Assembly (NCBI GenBank): GCA_043747615.1
Contig: JAYTOU010000005.1
Coordinates: forward strand, 24,911-88,910
Direction: 5' to 3'
DNA length: 64,000 nucleotides
DNA from: Myxococcales bacterium
GTDB lineage: Bacteria; Myxococcota_A; Polyangia; Polyangiales; Polyangiaceae
Shown here: piece by piece, positions 38,183-48,262 of the stretch
Layout of the letters: each line of letters begins with the position of its first letter
Position numbering within the stretch: position 1 is the first letter of the stretch
Position numbers and translations under genes: made by a program
Notes under the pieces: model-generated
Databases searched by the model: none
What the model was told of the DNA's origin: nothing
What the model saw: only the letters and a program-made list of their open reading frames with translations

Positions 38183-40219
38183 CTACAGCGCCGGCACGCG
38201 CCCGTGCGGATCATCGGCAAGGTTGCGGCAGAAACCAGCGGCTTGCGCCCGCGCCTGGGGGACATCGAACACAACGAAATGCCCGTCGCTCCCAGCGACC
38301 GGCGTAAACTGCGCGAGCACGCCGCTGGCTAGCCCTCCTGCCAGGTTCCCGGAGAGCCCGCCCGCGGGCACGGTCACGTCTCCGAGTCCGCTGAACGCAG
38401 ACTCGATCAGCGGGTGCACGCCGGGCGATTGCCGAGGCAGGCCGAGCGCGGTGGACGCCACTTCGATCCCGTGCGGAGGCGCATAGCTGTCACCGATGCC
38501 GTCGGCTCCGATGCCTTCGGTTTGGTAGATGCTCTTCGGCGCAAAGCCCGTGCGCGGGTGCGCGATGATGTACCCGAGGTAGTGGACGGTGTCTGTCGTG
38601 TCGACGAGGAGCTGCGCCATGTTCGCCATGGGGTGAAAGAGATTGAGCTCGTCGGCGTCCTCCGGACGAAAGAGCCCGAGCACGGTCTTCACCGCGGCCG
38701 CGACGCTCGGCTGCGGCTTCGTCTTCTCGAGGAGAGCGATGGTGATCATCGCGCCCGTTCCGCTGAGCACGCCTCCTAGCGCCTGCTTGTCGGCCGCGAG
38801 GAAGAGCGGCCCGTTCACGCCTCCCTGCGAGTGTCCGAAAAAGATGAGCTTGGTTGCATCGAAGCCGATTTCCGCGGCCGTGCGGGACGTTGCGGCGGGG
38901 ACCTTCACGTGAGACTCGGTGAATAGTCGCGCCTGCTGGACGACGTCGATCGCGCTCTGACGCCCGTTCGTGCGAGCGGCGATCGGATTGTTCAAGTTGA
39001 AAAAGAGGAGCTGGATGTTCCCCTCGCGGTTCGGATCATTGAGCGGAGGCGCACCCGGGCGCGTGCCGTGGAAAATTTGATCGACGCCCATCGAGGCCAC
39101 GCACTTCGCGGCGAGTGCCGCGCCGACACTTCCGCCTTCGCTGATGACCGAGCGGTAGTCTCCGCCCGTACCATGAGCGTAGAGGGTGAGCGGATAGCCA
39201 GCTGCGGGAAGGGGACACTTGGCGGCGTTCGGCACCACCAAAGAAAAGCGAAGGTTGAACGTCCCCTGCAAGATCGGTTTCCCGCCCGCATCGAAAGCGA
39301 AGTTTCCACCGTCGCCGAGCTTCGTGAAGGGGAGAGTGCCGGCTTGGTAGTTTGGTGAAGGGCCGTAGCTTCCCTCGTAGACGTCGTAGTCGGCTCTCCG
39401 CTCTTTCTGCACCCAGCTCGCGGCGTCGGCTGTGGGCGCGGGTACCTGCGAGGGGACTGCGTCGGCAACCGCAAAGAGCTCGCTCGTCGGATCGTTCGTC
39501 GTGAACACCGTGAAGTGCACGACATTGGTGCGCGGTACACCTGCGGCTTCGATCTCGGTGACCGCGGACGCAAACGTGTCGTGTGCCATTTGCGTGCGGG
39601 GAGAGGCCCCGCTCATCCCGAGCACCGAAACGAGGTCCGCGCTCGGCGCGATGGCAGTTCCGTCGAGGGCCTTCACGGCCCGCGTGATGATGGTCGCGTA
39701 ACGAGTATTGGGGCGCAGCGGGTAGCCGAGAGCAGGCGACACAGCGAGAGTGTTTGCGAGCCAGTAGATGCCCTCCGTCTGGCGCCAGTACGTCTGCGCG
39801 AGCCGCCGTTTTCCGTGCTCGGGGGACTTCGGATCGATGTCGATGATCTGGACTGACGCGCCCGGATCGAGCGTCGACTTCGGATCCGCGGGGAGCGTCG
39901 AGGGATCGATCGGCCCCGTGAACCGGAAGTACCCGCTGCCGGCAGGGGAAAAGCCCTTCAGCGCCACCGTCTTCGTCGAGCCGATGTAGTCGTTGACCAG
40001 AACGTTCGCGTTCGGGTTGTGCATACCCGTCACACGGATGGTCCCGTCGACTTCCTTGCGCAAGTCGTTCGGCCACGGAAGATCGTAGTACGCGGCGTCA
40101 TCGAGCTGCGCGAGCGTCGTGGGGACGACGAAGATGGATTCGGTCCCCGCCGGTCGAGCGGCGGTCGACGAGCACGCGATCGCCGCGAAGAGTCCGAAAA
40201 GAATGGGCCAGGGACGCAT
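38183..40219 (-). CDS. Lipoprotein alpha/beta-hydrolase (lipase/esterase-like)
   Basis: Lipobox AIAC, PWPND, DGFS-like N-domain, YAHGTGG, nucleophile GHSQG, C-terminal DGHF. Confidence 0.8.
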   Translation of the reverse strand: MRPWPILFGLFAAIACSSTAARPAGTESIFVVPTTLAQLDDAAYYDLPWPNDLRKEVDGTIRVTGMHNPNANVLVNDYIGSTKTVALKGFSPAGSGYFRFTGPIDPSTLPADPKSTLDPGASVQIIDIDPKSPEHGKRRLAQTYWRQTEGIYWLANTLAVSPALGYPLRPNTRYATIITRAVKALDGTAIAPSADLVSVLGMSGASPRTQMAHDTFASAVTEIEAAGVPRTNVVHFTVFTTNDPTSELFAVADAVPSQVPAPTADAASWVQKERRADYDVYEGSYGPSPNYQAGTLPFTKLGDGGNFAFDAGGKPILQGTFNLRFSLVVPNAAKCPLPAAGYPLTLYAHGTGGDYRSVISEGGSVGAALAAKCVASMGVDQIFHGTRPGAPPLNDPNREGNIQLLFFNLNNPIAARTNGRQSAIDVVQQARLFTESHVKVPAATSRTAAEIGFDATKLIFFGHSQGGVNGPLFLAADKQALGGVLSGTGAMITIALLEKTKPQPSVAAAVKTVLGLFRPEDADELNLFHPMANMAQLLVDTTDTVHYLGYIIAHPRTGFAPKSIYQTEGIGADGIGDSYAPPHGIEVASTALGLPRQSPGVHPLIESAFSGLGDVTVPAGGLSGNLAGGLASGVLAQFTPVAGSDGHFVVFDVPQARAQAAGFCRNLADDPHGRVPAL

Positions 40220-40251
40220 GACGAGCGTCGTATCATGGTAAACGCATCTTC

Positions 40252-40602
40252 GTGATCTCCAGCACCGACGAATCCAGCGGCGCCCAGGCCCAGCGGCGGC
40301 CGGCCTTTGCGAAGGATTTTCCGCGCATCCCCGAGCTCGATGCGCTGGTCGCGGCATTCGAGGAGGGGAACTACGCCCGAGTCCGCGAGGAAGCACCTCG
40401 CCTTGCAAAGGCCACGGAGGACGGCGCCGTTCGCCGCGCCGCGACGGTCCTTCGCGCGCGCATCGATCCTGATCCGCTGTCGAAGGTGCTCTTCATCCTC
40501 ACCGGCCTGCTTCTCGCGTACCTGAGCGCCTATTGGATGATGCACGATGGGATGCGTAACGTGGAGCCGGACCCGCCGCGCGTCATCGAGAGAATCAAGT
40601 AG
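40252..40602 (+). CDS. Small single-TM hypothetical protein
   Basis: FE.GNYA.VR motif followed by TM helix VLFILTGLLLAYLSAYW. Confidence 0.6.
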   Translation: MISSTDESSGAQAQRRPAFAKDFPRIPELDALVAAFEEGNYARVREEAPRLAKATEDGAVRRAATVLRARIDPDPLSKVLFILTGLLLAYLSAYWMMHDGMRNVEPDPPRVIERIK

Positions 40603-40618
40603 CGCGCCGGATGGGCCC

Positions 40619-41788
40619 TCAGCGACGCGCGAGGGCGAGCAAAAAGCTCCGTCCGCTGAACGCTGCGGCGAGGATCGAAAGCACGCACAAGACGGCGAGC
40701 ACGCTCCTGAAGTGAAAGCGTTGGTGGACTTCGCGAGGACGTGAGGCGGCGGCTGTCAGTGGCGAGATAGCGGAGATGGGGAACGCGAGCGGATCCGGCT
40801 TGAGGGCCGCGTCGCGATCGGCCTTTGCCTGGGTGAGCAGGAACGGCACCGAGCCCGGAAGGCCGGGCGGAGCGATCGACGGCGCCCCATCCGCCGCCAC
40901 AGAATCGCGCGCGAGCTCGAGGGCCGCGACGAGCTGGCCCGCCGTCAGACGACCGTCCCGGTTGCGCACGAGGCAGCCACGAATGACGTCGATGACCGGC
41001 CGGGGAAGCGCGGGCGCCAGCTCCTCGATCGGATGGGGATCGCTCGAGATGATCGCGACCACCATCTGATTGGGATCCGTTGCCGTGAAGGGAAAACGCC
41101 CGGTGAGGAGCTCGTAGAGGAGCACGCCGACCGACCAGACGTCCGCGCGTCCGTCGACGTCGCGCGCCGAGCGCACCTGCTCCGGTGACATGTACGCAGG
41201 CGTTCCCATGGGCGCGTGGGCGGTGAGCCTCGGGCCCGACGCTTCATCGGCCACGACGCGCGAGATCCCGAAGTCGACCAGCTTCGGAACGACCCGGCCG
41301 TCGAGCCCCTTCGCGAGGAACACGTTCTCGGGCTTCACGTCGCGATGCACGACCCCCGCGGCGTGGGCCATCGTGAGGGCGCGGGCGATCGGAAGCACCA
41401 CGGCGACGGCGGCGCGCGGACTCACCGTCCCGCCTTTTTTCACTAGCCAGGTATGAAGGTCCATTCCTTCGAGGAGCTCGAGCACGAGGAATGGCACGCC
41501 GGACCCGTCGACGCCGACGTCGAGCACGGAGACGACATTGGCGTGGCGAACCGAGTTGCTCGCGCGCGCCTCGCGCATGAAGCGGGCGACCACTTCCTTG
41601 TCTTCGGCGAGCGCGGGATGGAGACGCTTGACCGCCACCTGACGAGGCCCTTCGGCGCTGAAATGAGTCGCTCGGTAAAGCTCTCCCATTCCGCCGACCG
41701 CGAGCAGCTGGTCGAGCCTGTAGGCGGCGGCAAGCACTTCTCCGACGCGACCTGGTCCTCCTCCGCCGAGCGCCCTCGGAGCCGCCAT
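40619..41788 (-). CDS. Ser/Thr protein kinase with C-terminal TM helix
   Basis: GGMG, VAVK, HRDVKPEN, DFG, GTPAYMSPEQ, DVWS.G. Confidence 0.93.
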   Translation of the reverse strand: MAAPRALGGGGPGRVGEVLAAAYRLDQLLAVGGMGELYRATHFSAEGPRQVAVKRLHPALAEDKEVVARFMREARASNSVRHANVVSVLDVGVDGSGVPFLVLELLEGMDLHTWLVKKGGTVSPRAAVAVVLPIARALTMAHAAGVVHRDVKPENVFLAKGLDGRVVPKLVDFGISRVVADEASGPRLTAHAPMGTPAYMSPEQVRSARDVDGRADVWSVGVLLYELLTGRFPFTATDPNQMVVAIISSDPHPIEELAPALPRPVIDVIRGCLVRNRDGRLTAGQLVAALELARDSVAADGAPSIAPPGLPGSVPFLLTQAKADRDAALKPDPLAFPISAISPLTAAASRPREVHQRFHFRSVLAVLCVLSILAAAFSGRSFLLALARR

Positions 41789-41791
41789 ACG

Positions 41792-42889
41792 CTACGCCGC
41801 CTTCGACCCGCGCGCGGGCCTCGCAAGGGGTCTCACGATCTGTCCGCTGGTGATCGCCCCGTGGAGAAGCGTCGGGGTGAGGGCGGGCGCCAGGAGTCCC
41901 GGCGTAACCTCGCTCGACGAGAACATTTGCACGAACGCTGGAGCGCGGCGCACGCGGTCGACGATCGTCCGCTCGAGCACCATGGAGCTGTATTGATCGC
42001 CGGCGCCTTCGGGCGTGTTGGCGTTGAGGAGAAGGTCCATGTCGAACCTTCGGCACGTGGAGGCGAGCCCCGGGATGCGGCTATCGAGAGGCGACCAGTT
42101 GTCGACGCACGTGCCATTCTCGCTGATTCCCCAGACGCCGTTCTCTGTGTTGAAGAAGAGCGTCTGGTTTCCCATCGTGTGCCCGGGAGTGCGCAGCAGC
42201 ATGACTCCGTCGCCAAGCGCGAGATCTCCCCGTGTGAAAGCCACCCTGTTTTCTCGGACGTTCGCCTTGCCATCCGCGACGAACCACGCGCGCTGCATGG
42301 GATGAAGGTCGTCCCATTCGTCCCACTCCACGCGCGGCGCGAGGAGCGTGGCGTTCGGAAAGCGCGGCGTGCGCTCCCCGTCGAGTGTTCCGAGGAGCCC
42401 GCGTAGATCCTGGGTGTGGAAGTGATCGAAGGCGACGTAGTCGATGTCGCCGGCGTGCACTCCCAGGCGCTCGAGCTGCGTCTCCAGGAGGTCGAAGGAC
42501 TTGGCTAGGAGCGGTTCCACCGCCTTGAATTGCTCGATGAGCCGCGAGAAGAACGGCGCGGTCCGCGCACCTTGGACGTCCGTTGGGTTGAAGAGCAAAT
42601 TCTTCAGCGCGCCGTTCTGGAGAAACTGCACGAGTGCGGCGCGATGGGTCATCGTCAGAAACGGCACGGGAGACAGCGCGGCGCCCCAGAACGCGTAGCG
42701 CGTCGGGTAGGGCAGGGTGGAGAGCGGCAGCGTCCGCACCGAGAGCACACGAGGCCCGGAGGCGAATCGTTCACGGAGCTTTTCCGCAGCGGCGCGAATC
42801 GCCCGCAGCTTCTGCCCGTGCCCGCTCACTCTCCAAGCGGCGTCGAAGTCGCCCATCGTGCGGGTTCCGTGCAAAAGAGATTCACTCAT
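41792..42889 (-). CDS. Metallo-beta-lactamase-fold hydrolase (variant motif)
   Basis: IDYVAFDHFHTQD, FPNA, TPGHT.GN. Confidence 0.7.
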   Translation of the reverse strand: MSESLLHGTRTMGDFDAAWRVSGHGQKLRAIRAAAEKLRERFASGPRVLSVRTLPLSTLPYPTRYAFWGAALSPVPFLTMTHRAALVQFLQNGALKNLLFNPTDVQGARTAPFFSRLIEQFKAVEPLLAKSFDLLETQLERLGVHAGDIDYVAFDHFHTQDLRGLLGTLDGERTPRFPNATLLAPRVEWDEWDDLHPMQRAWFVADGKANVRENRVAFTRGDLALGDGVMLLRTPGHTMGNQTLFFNTENGVWGISENGTCVDNWSPLDSRIPGLASTCRRFDMDLLLNANTPEGAGDQYSSMVLERTIVDRVRRAPAFVQMFSSSEVTPGLLAPALTPTLLHGAITSGQIVRPLARPARGSKAA

Positions 42890-43078
42890 TTTCGTCTCCG
42901 CTGGTTCCCTGCTAGCCGACCTTCGCAAGACTGTAGCGCGTGATGCCCCTCACGCGGTCTAGCTTCGATCGCAAAAACCGCTTTCACGCAGCGATGCGTT
43001 ACCAGCTCCGCGAGAGGAGCTTCGTAGACGACAAGAGCTCAAGCGTGGCCTCGAACGTACGCGCGCGGCCCCCGTAGA

Positions 43079-44815
43079 TCAGAAGACGAAGTGCCGGCCC
43101 TTTTGCTTGCGGCAGAACATCGCGATCGTGGCCTCGGCGTCGCCCACTCCGGTGTTGCCGCTCTCGCCGATTCCGCTCGCGCCGAACTCTTCCCACTCTA
43201 GCGCGCTGTCGGTGCCGTCGTTCTCCTTCAGCATGCCTCCGAGGGTGCGGCGAGCGCGCTGGAGCTTCACGTCGTCGCGCGTCCAGATGCTCGTCGCGAG
43301 ATCGTGGGGGTTCGTCTGGAGCGAGAATCGGATGAAGTCGTCGAAGGTTGCCATTTCCATCGTCACCAGGATGGGCATGAAGAACTCCGTGGTCGCCAGG
43401 CGAATCGGGCGCTCGCCCAACTCGTCCCAGTTGGCGGTGATGGTCGTGTCGGGGGTGACGCGTCCGAGGACGACCGGCTTCGCTACCTCTGCGTTTTGCG
43501 CGTAGTCGCCGTCGGTGATTCTTCCGCCCTCGACCACGATCGCGAGGCCTGCCTTCTTCGCTCCCTCTTGGATGCTGCTCACCGTGCTCGCCTTGTGGAC
43601 CATGAGCGGGCTCACCACCTTGATGTCCTCCTGCCCTGCGGCGCGCGGATCCTGAACCTTGTAGTTTGCAAATTCTTTCTTGAGGAGCGGCTCGATGCGA
43701 TCGAGCGTGGCCTTGGAGGCGGCGATGCCGTGGAGCGACGTGCACTTGTGTGAGCCGAGCCCGAGCTTCGAGTACGACAGGCGAACGGCGATCTTGGTGA
43801 GGTCTTCGTCGTTGTAGCCGTCGTCGATGAAGGCCCAGTTGCAACCCCCGCCTTCGAACTTGGTGGGGCGAACGCCGCGCGAGGCCTGGATGATCTTCGC
43901 CGTCTCCGCGCTCCCGGTAACGCTCACGATGGCAATGTGCTCGTCGGACGTGAGGCGGGCGATGTCCCCCCCGAAGCCCTCGATTTTGTGGACGGCGCGG
44001 GGATCGGCGCCGGCGGCGATGAGCATCTTGATGAGCGTGGTGCTCGTGATCGCGCTGAAGGGATGGCCCTTGAAGATCATCGGCGAGCCGCTCAAGTAGC
44101 AGGCGACGATCTGGATCCCAGGGATCCCGTAGATGAAGTTCATGGGGGTGATGACCGCACACACCCCGGCTGGCAAGTACGCGTCGCGCCAGTACGATTG
44201 TCCGGCAATCATCGTAGGGACCATGCTGCCGGCCATGGCCTTCTCGGCGTTCCCTTCGAGGTGATCGGCGGCGCGCTTCCCCTCCCAGAAATCTTTGTCC
44301 GCCTCGAGGCGCGTCTTCGGAGTCTGCTGGCGCAGCTCGTCGAGGCACTCCTCGTAGAAATAATTCATCAGGCGGGACATGTTCTTGATGACGAGCTTGC
44401 GGTAGGCGAGCCCTTCCAGCGACCACTCGAGTGAGCTCCAGAACGACACGGCGCGTTCGATGACGTGCTCGACGTCGGCGTCGACCGAGCGCGCGACCTC
44501 CATCAACGTGATCCGCCTGTCTGCGAGCGACTTCATCGGGACGAGCTCTTTCGGCCGCCGCCACTCGCCGTCGACGAGGTTCAGGCAGACCACCGGAGCG
44601 TCCCCTGCCTTGCGGGGGATGGGGCGTCCGAAGAGGTAGGGGCGAAGGACTTCACAGTCGGCGTCGGACATCCCGAGCGAGAAGAGGGAGAACCCTTTTC
44701 GGCGCGCGGCATAGAGAGGAGCGATGGGATCTTTCCCGCCCCGCGTGTCGATCGATTCCGAGATGAAGCTCTTGGCGCCTTCGGCGAGCTTGGTGTTCAG
44801 CGTCTTCGGATCCAT
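43079..44815 (-). CDS. Aldehyde dehydrogenase family protein (divergent)
   Basis: ITPMNF, IFKG, VTGS, FEGGG.N, catalytic GSHKCTS, EFFMP, FG..G.G.SG. Confidence 0.8.
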   Translation of the reverse strand: MDPKTLNTKLAEGAKSFISESIDTRGGKDPIAPLYAARRKGFSLFSLGMSDADCEVLRPYLFGRPIPRKAGDAPVVCLNLVDGEWRRPKELVPMKSLADRRITLMEVARSVDADVEHVIERAVSFWSSLEWSLEGLAYRKLVIKNMSRLMNYFYEECLDELRQQTPKTRLEADKDFWEGKRAADHLEGNAEKAMAGSMVPTMIAGQSYWRDAYLPAGVCAVITPMNFIYGIPGIQIVACYLSGSPMIFKGHPFSAITSTTLIKMLIAAGADPRAVHKIEGFGGDIARLTSDEHIAIVSVTGSAETAKIIQASRGVRPTKFEGGGCNWAFIDDGYNDEDLTKIAVRLSYSKLGLGSHKCTSLHGIAASKATLDRIEPLLKKEFANYKVQDPRAAGQEDIKVVSPLMVHKASTVSSIQEGAKKAGLAIVVEGGRITDGDYAQNAEVAKPVVLGRVTPDTTITANWDELGERPIRLATTEFFMPILVTMEMATFDDFIRFSLQTNPHDLATSIWTRDDVKLQRARRTLGGMLKENDGTDSALEWEEFGASGIGESGNTGVGDAEATIAMFCRKQKGRHFVF

Positions 44816-45152
44816 GGCAAAATCCCTCTTTTTCGGGACTTACCGCGAAGTCAGGTGAGCGTCGAGGGAGGTCGCTTAGACTGCGCCGGATGCGCTTGAT
44901 TCTTTCGTGCGCTCTCGCTTCCTTGCTCGCCGCTTGCAGCACCGACAACGGGGGCATGGAGCAGCATGGAGCACGGGCCTTCGTTCGACGACGGGGGCCC
45001 CGATGGAGCGAGCGCCTCGCGGTGACGGCGAGAAAAAACGTAAGCCCGTCACCACGACGCGGGGATCAGTCGCACTTACCCGGCGGCTTGGCATCGGGCC
45101 GCACGCAGGGCAAACTCCGCTGGCGACCAAGGTGACTACCCACTCCCACGAG

Positions 45153-46190
45153 ATGAATCCCATTCGCACGGGCGGAATCTTGGCTGTCGTTTCGGCGGTC
45201 ACGTTCGGTGCGACGACGCCGCTCGTTCAAAGATTCGGCGTTCACGCCGGGCCGTTTCCCACTGCAATGCTGCTTTACGTCGGCGCGGCCGCGGCCTCGC
45301 TTCCGTCGTTCGGAGGTGGCACCCCGCACGAAGCCCCTCTTCGCGCTAAACATCTTCCACGCGTCGTGGTCGTCGCCATTCTCGGCGCGGTGCTCGCGCC
45401 CGCGGCTCTCGCGTGGGGTCTGCAGCATACGAACGGAACGAGCGCAGCTCTCCTCCTGAATTTCGAGGCCATCTTCACGGTCCTCCTCGGCTGGCGTCTC
45501 TATCACGAGCCGCTCGGGGGGCGACTCCTGACGGCGCTCGTGCTGATGCTTCTCGGAGGCGCCTGTCTCGTCGTGCCGACGGGAACGCTGAGCCTCGAGT
45601 GGGGCGCGCTCGCCGTCCTCGCCGCGACGCTCGGCTGGGCAACGGACAACGCCCTCACGCGCCCGCTCGCGGAGTTCAACCCCGTGCAGGTGGTGAAGTG
45701 GAAGTGCCTCCTCGGCGCACTTCTTTCGCTGATGCTGTCTGTGGCGCTGGGCGAGCCGTTTCCGCGTGCGGCGGAGGCCGGCGCGTTGGTCGCGTGTGGG
45801 GCCGTCGGCTACGGCGTGAGCCTTCGCTTCTACCTTCGTGCGCAGAGGGCGATCGGAGCAGCCCGCACGGGGTCCATCTTTTCAGTGGCGCCGTTCATCG
45901 GCGCTGCCGTGGCGTGGGCGCTCGGTCAACGGAGCCCGGTGATCCCGACGCTGGCGGCGGCACTCTTTTTCGCCGTGGCCGTCTACCTTCACCTCACCGA
46001 GAAACACCGCCACCGCCATCGTCACACGCCACTCGAGCATGAGCACCTTCACCGGCACGACGATCGCCACCACGATCACGTGCACGACCCTTCGGTGGAG
46101 GGAGAGCACGGCCACGTGCATCGCCACGACGACCGAACCCACAGTCATCCGCATGCCCCGGATGCGCACCATCAGCACCGCCACGAGTGA
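45153..46190 (+). CDS. DMT/EamA family transporter with His-rich C-terminal tail
   Basis: About ten hydrophobic helices, LLLNFE, DN.LTR, GAART, APFIG; tail with about 23 His. Confidence 0.88.
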   Translation: MNPIRTGGILAVVSAVTFGATTPLVQRFGVHAGPFPTAMLLYVGAAAASLPSFGGGTPHEAPLRAKHLPRVVVVAILGAVLAPAALAWGLQHTNGTSAALLLNFEAIFTVLLGWRLYHEPLGGRLLTALVLMLLGGACLVVPTGTLSLEWGALAVLAATLGWATDNALTRPLAEFNPVQVVKWKCLLGALLSLMLSVALGEPFPRAAEAGALVACGAVGYGVSLRFYLRAQRAIGAARTGSIFSVAPFIGAAVAWALGQRSPVIPTLAAALFFAVAVYLHLTEKHRHRHRHTPLEHEHLHRHDDRHHDHVHDPSVEGEHGHVHRHDDRTHSHPHAPDAHHQHRHE

Positions 46191-46380
46191 CGGCAACCTT
46201 AGTTCTTCGGTCGCATGATGCGCAGGACGGACGTGCCTTTCGGTCCGACAATCAGCGGCAAAAACACGCCGACGCCTGGCTCACGCACGTCGAATACCGG
46301 CCTCCTCGGGCCATCGGATTCGATTACGAGAGCTTGCTCACCAAGAGCCGCGTGAAGTCGACGCAAGGAGATGCAAAGAG

Positions 46381-47346
46381 ATGATGAAGTACGTTGTGGG
46401 AGCTATCGCGCTGCTGCTCGTGGGTTGCTCGCCGCAGCCTCCTGCGCTGGCGCCGTCCTCGGTGACCGTGACAGCCCAGCCGGTCGCTCCCCCCAAACCG
46501 CCGAAAGCGATCGACGCGGCGCTCGTCGCGAGCGTCACTGGAGCAAAACCGGAGACGACCGAAGCCGTCGTGAAAGTGTCCTTCGCGCGCTCCGACGTTT
46601 CGGTGGAAGTAGACGGATGGGCAAACGTGCCGCCCTTCATGGGGCTCACCTCGTGGGCCGCATTCACGCCTGCGGAGAAGCCCGGTGTCGAGGCAATGGT
46701 CATGGGCGATCTCGTCTTGTTCGAGGACGAGGTGAATCCGGTCATGAGCGCAGCGCTCGACGGCGGGCTCCAGGTGACGGCCCTTCACAACCATTTCTTT
46801 TTCGACAAGCCGCACGTGCTCTTCATGCACATTGGCGGCGAGGGAAGCACCGACGCTCTCGCGAAGGCCGTGAAGGCGGCGCTCGACGCTCAAAAGTCCG
46901 TTCGCCAGAAATCCGCGCAACCACAGCTCGGATTTGGGGGCGCCATTGCGTCGCCGAGCCGCATCGACGGTGCGAAGCTCGATGCTGTTTTCGGGATCAA
47001 AGGCGCCGCCAAGGACGGCATGTACAAGGCCGTGATGGGGCGCAAGGCGTCAGCGTCGCGCGGTTGCACGATTGGCAAGACCATGGGCGTGAACACCTGG
47101 GCGGCGTTCGCAGGCAGCGACGAGAGCGCCGTGGTGGACGGCGATTTCGCGGTCAGCGAAGCGGAGCTTCAGCCCGTGCTGAAGGCGCTGCGTTCCGGAG
47201 GCGTCAACATCGTCGCGATCCACTCGCACATGACGGGGGAGACGCCGCGGATTCTCTTTCTGCACTATTGGGGACGCGGCCCCGCAGCGACTCTCGGAGC
47301 GACAATCAAGCGCGCGCTCGATCTGAGGGCGTGGGACCACGCGTGA
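46381..47346 (+). CDS. DUF1259 (LppY/LpqO-like) duplicated-domain lipoprotein
   Basis: Lipobox LVGC; two repeats of MG..sWAAF...GD....E...V..AL...G.....HxH; RBS AAGGAG. Confidence 0.85.
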   Translation: MMKYVVGAIALLLVGCSPQPPALAPSSVTVTAQPVAPPKPPKAIDAALVASVTGAKPETTEAVVKVSFARSDVSVEVDGWANVPPFMGLTSWAAFTPAEKPGVEAMVMGDLVLFEDEVNPVMSAALDGGLQVTALHNHFFFDKPHVLFMHIGGEGSTDALAKAVKAALDAQKSVRQKSAQPQLGFGGAIASPSRIDGAKLDAVFGIKGAAKDGMYKAVMGRKASASRGCTIGKTMGVNTWAAFAGSDESAVVDGDFAVSEAELQPVLKALRSGGVNIVAIHSHMTGETPRILFLHYWGRGPAATLGATIKRALDLRAWDHA

Positions 47347-47380
47347 GACGGGCGCCCCTCGCGCTCCGTGTTCCAACGGG

Positions 47381-48262
47381 CTAGCGCCGCACGCACATTT
47401 GATCGAAGACCCGGTACGTCTGCTTCACGTCCGCATCCGCCGCCGCTACGCGCCGCGCCGCATCCAGCGCCTGGCGAGCCTCCGTACACTTTCCGAGGCG
47501 AAGGTAGCTCACCGCGAGATCCCGGCGGGAAGACGCTTCGAGCGTCGCGTAGGGATTGCTGACGTCGTGAAAGATGACGGCCGCGCCCGAGACCGCGATC
47601 ACGATCGCGGCGAGCGAAACGGCCACCTGCTTGGCGGCTGTTGACTCTTCCCCGCGCCTCCATAGGCCCGCCACGAGCGCGCCGCTGAGCAGCCCGCCCA
47701 CGTGCGCCGCGTTGTCGACGTATCCGGAGAAGCCGATGATCGCCATCATCACCAGGGAAGGAGCGAGTGCCTTGATGATCGGGCTCCTCCAGCCCTGGGT
47801 CCGCAAGCCGATCACCATCGCCGCACCGATGACCCCGAGAATGGCTCCCGACGCCCCGGCGCCGACCTGCTCGTGTGAGGTAAACCACCCCCAGAGCGTG
47901 CTCGCCATGCTCCCGATGATTCCCGAGATCATGTACATCGCCGCCATTCTTCCGGTGCCGACCGCGCGCTCCACGAACGGCCCGACTTGCTTCAGCGCGT
48001 ACATGTTGAAGCCAATGTGGAGAATGCCGTAGTGAACGAAGCAGGAGGCCACGAGGGTGTCGATGCGGGCTTCGTAGAGGGTTGCGCTCGCATAGTTCGC
48101 GCCGAAGGCCATCGCCACCGAGACGGGGATCCTCATCACCGCCATCAAATCGCGCGCGTAAATCAGCTCGCCGACGAAGACGATGGCGTTCACCCACAGC
48201 ACCGCGAGACAGAACGGGGCACCTTCAAAAGTACGCGGGGTGGGCGGGGGGGTCGGGGACAC
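47381..48262 (-). CDS. Rhomboid family intramembrane serine protease
   Basis: FVH.G.LHIGFNM, GASG catalytic Ser, AHVGG catalytic His. Confidence 0.92.
   Translation of the reverse strand: MSPTPPPTPRTFEGAPFCLAVLWVNAIVFVGELIYARDLMAVMRIPVSVAMAFGANYASATLYEARIDTLVASCFVHYGILHIGFNMYALKQVGPFVERAVGTGRMAAMYMISGIIGSMASTLWGWFTSHEQVGAGASGAILGVIGAAMVIGLRTQGWRSPIIKALAPSLVMMAIIGFSGYVDNAAHVGGLLSGALVAGLWRRGEESTAAKQVAVSLAAIVIAVSGAAVIFHDVSNPYATLEASSRRDLAVSYLRLGKCTEARQALDAARRVAAADADVKQTYRVFDQMCVRR

Noticed and set aside
46187..46384. 65-aa ORF containing YRPPRA, reminiscent of ribosome-stalling leader peptides before metal genes
   Set aside because: The motif is not C-terminal, there is no Cys/His sensor motif, and chance occurrence is likely.
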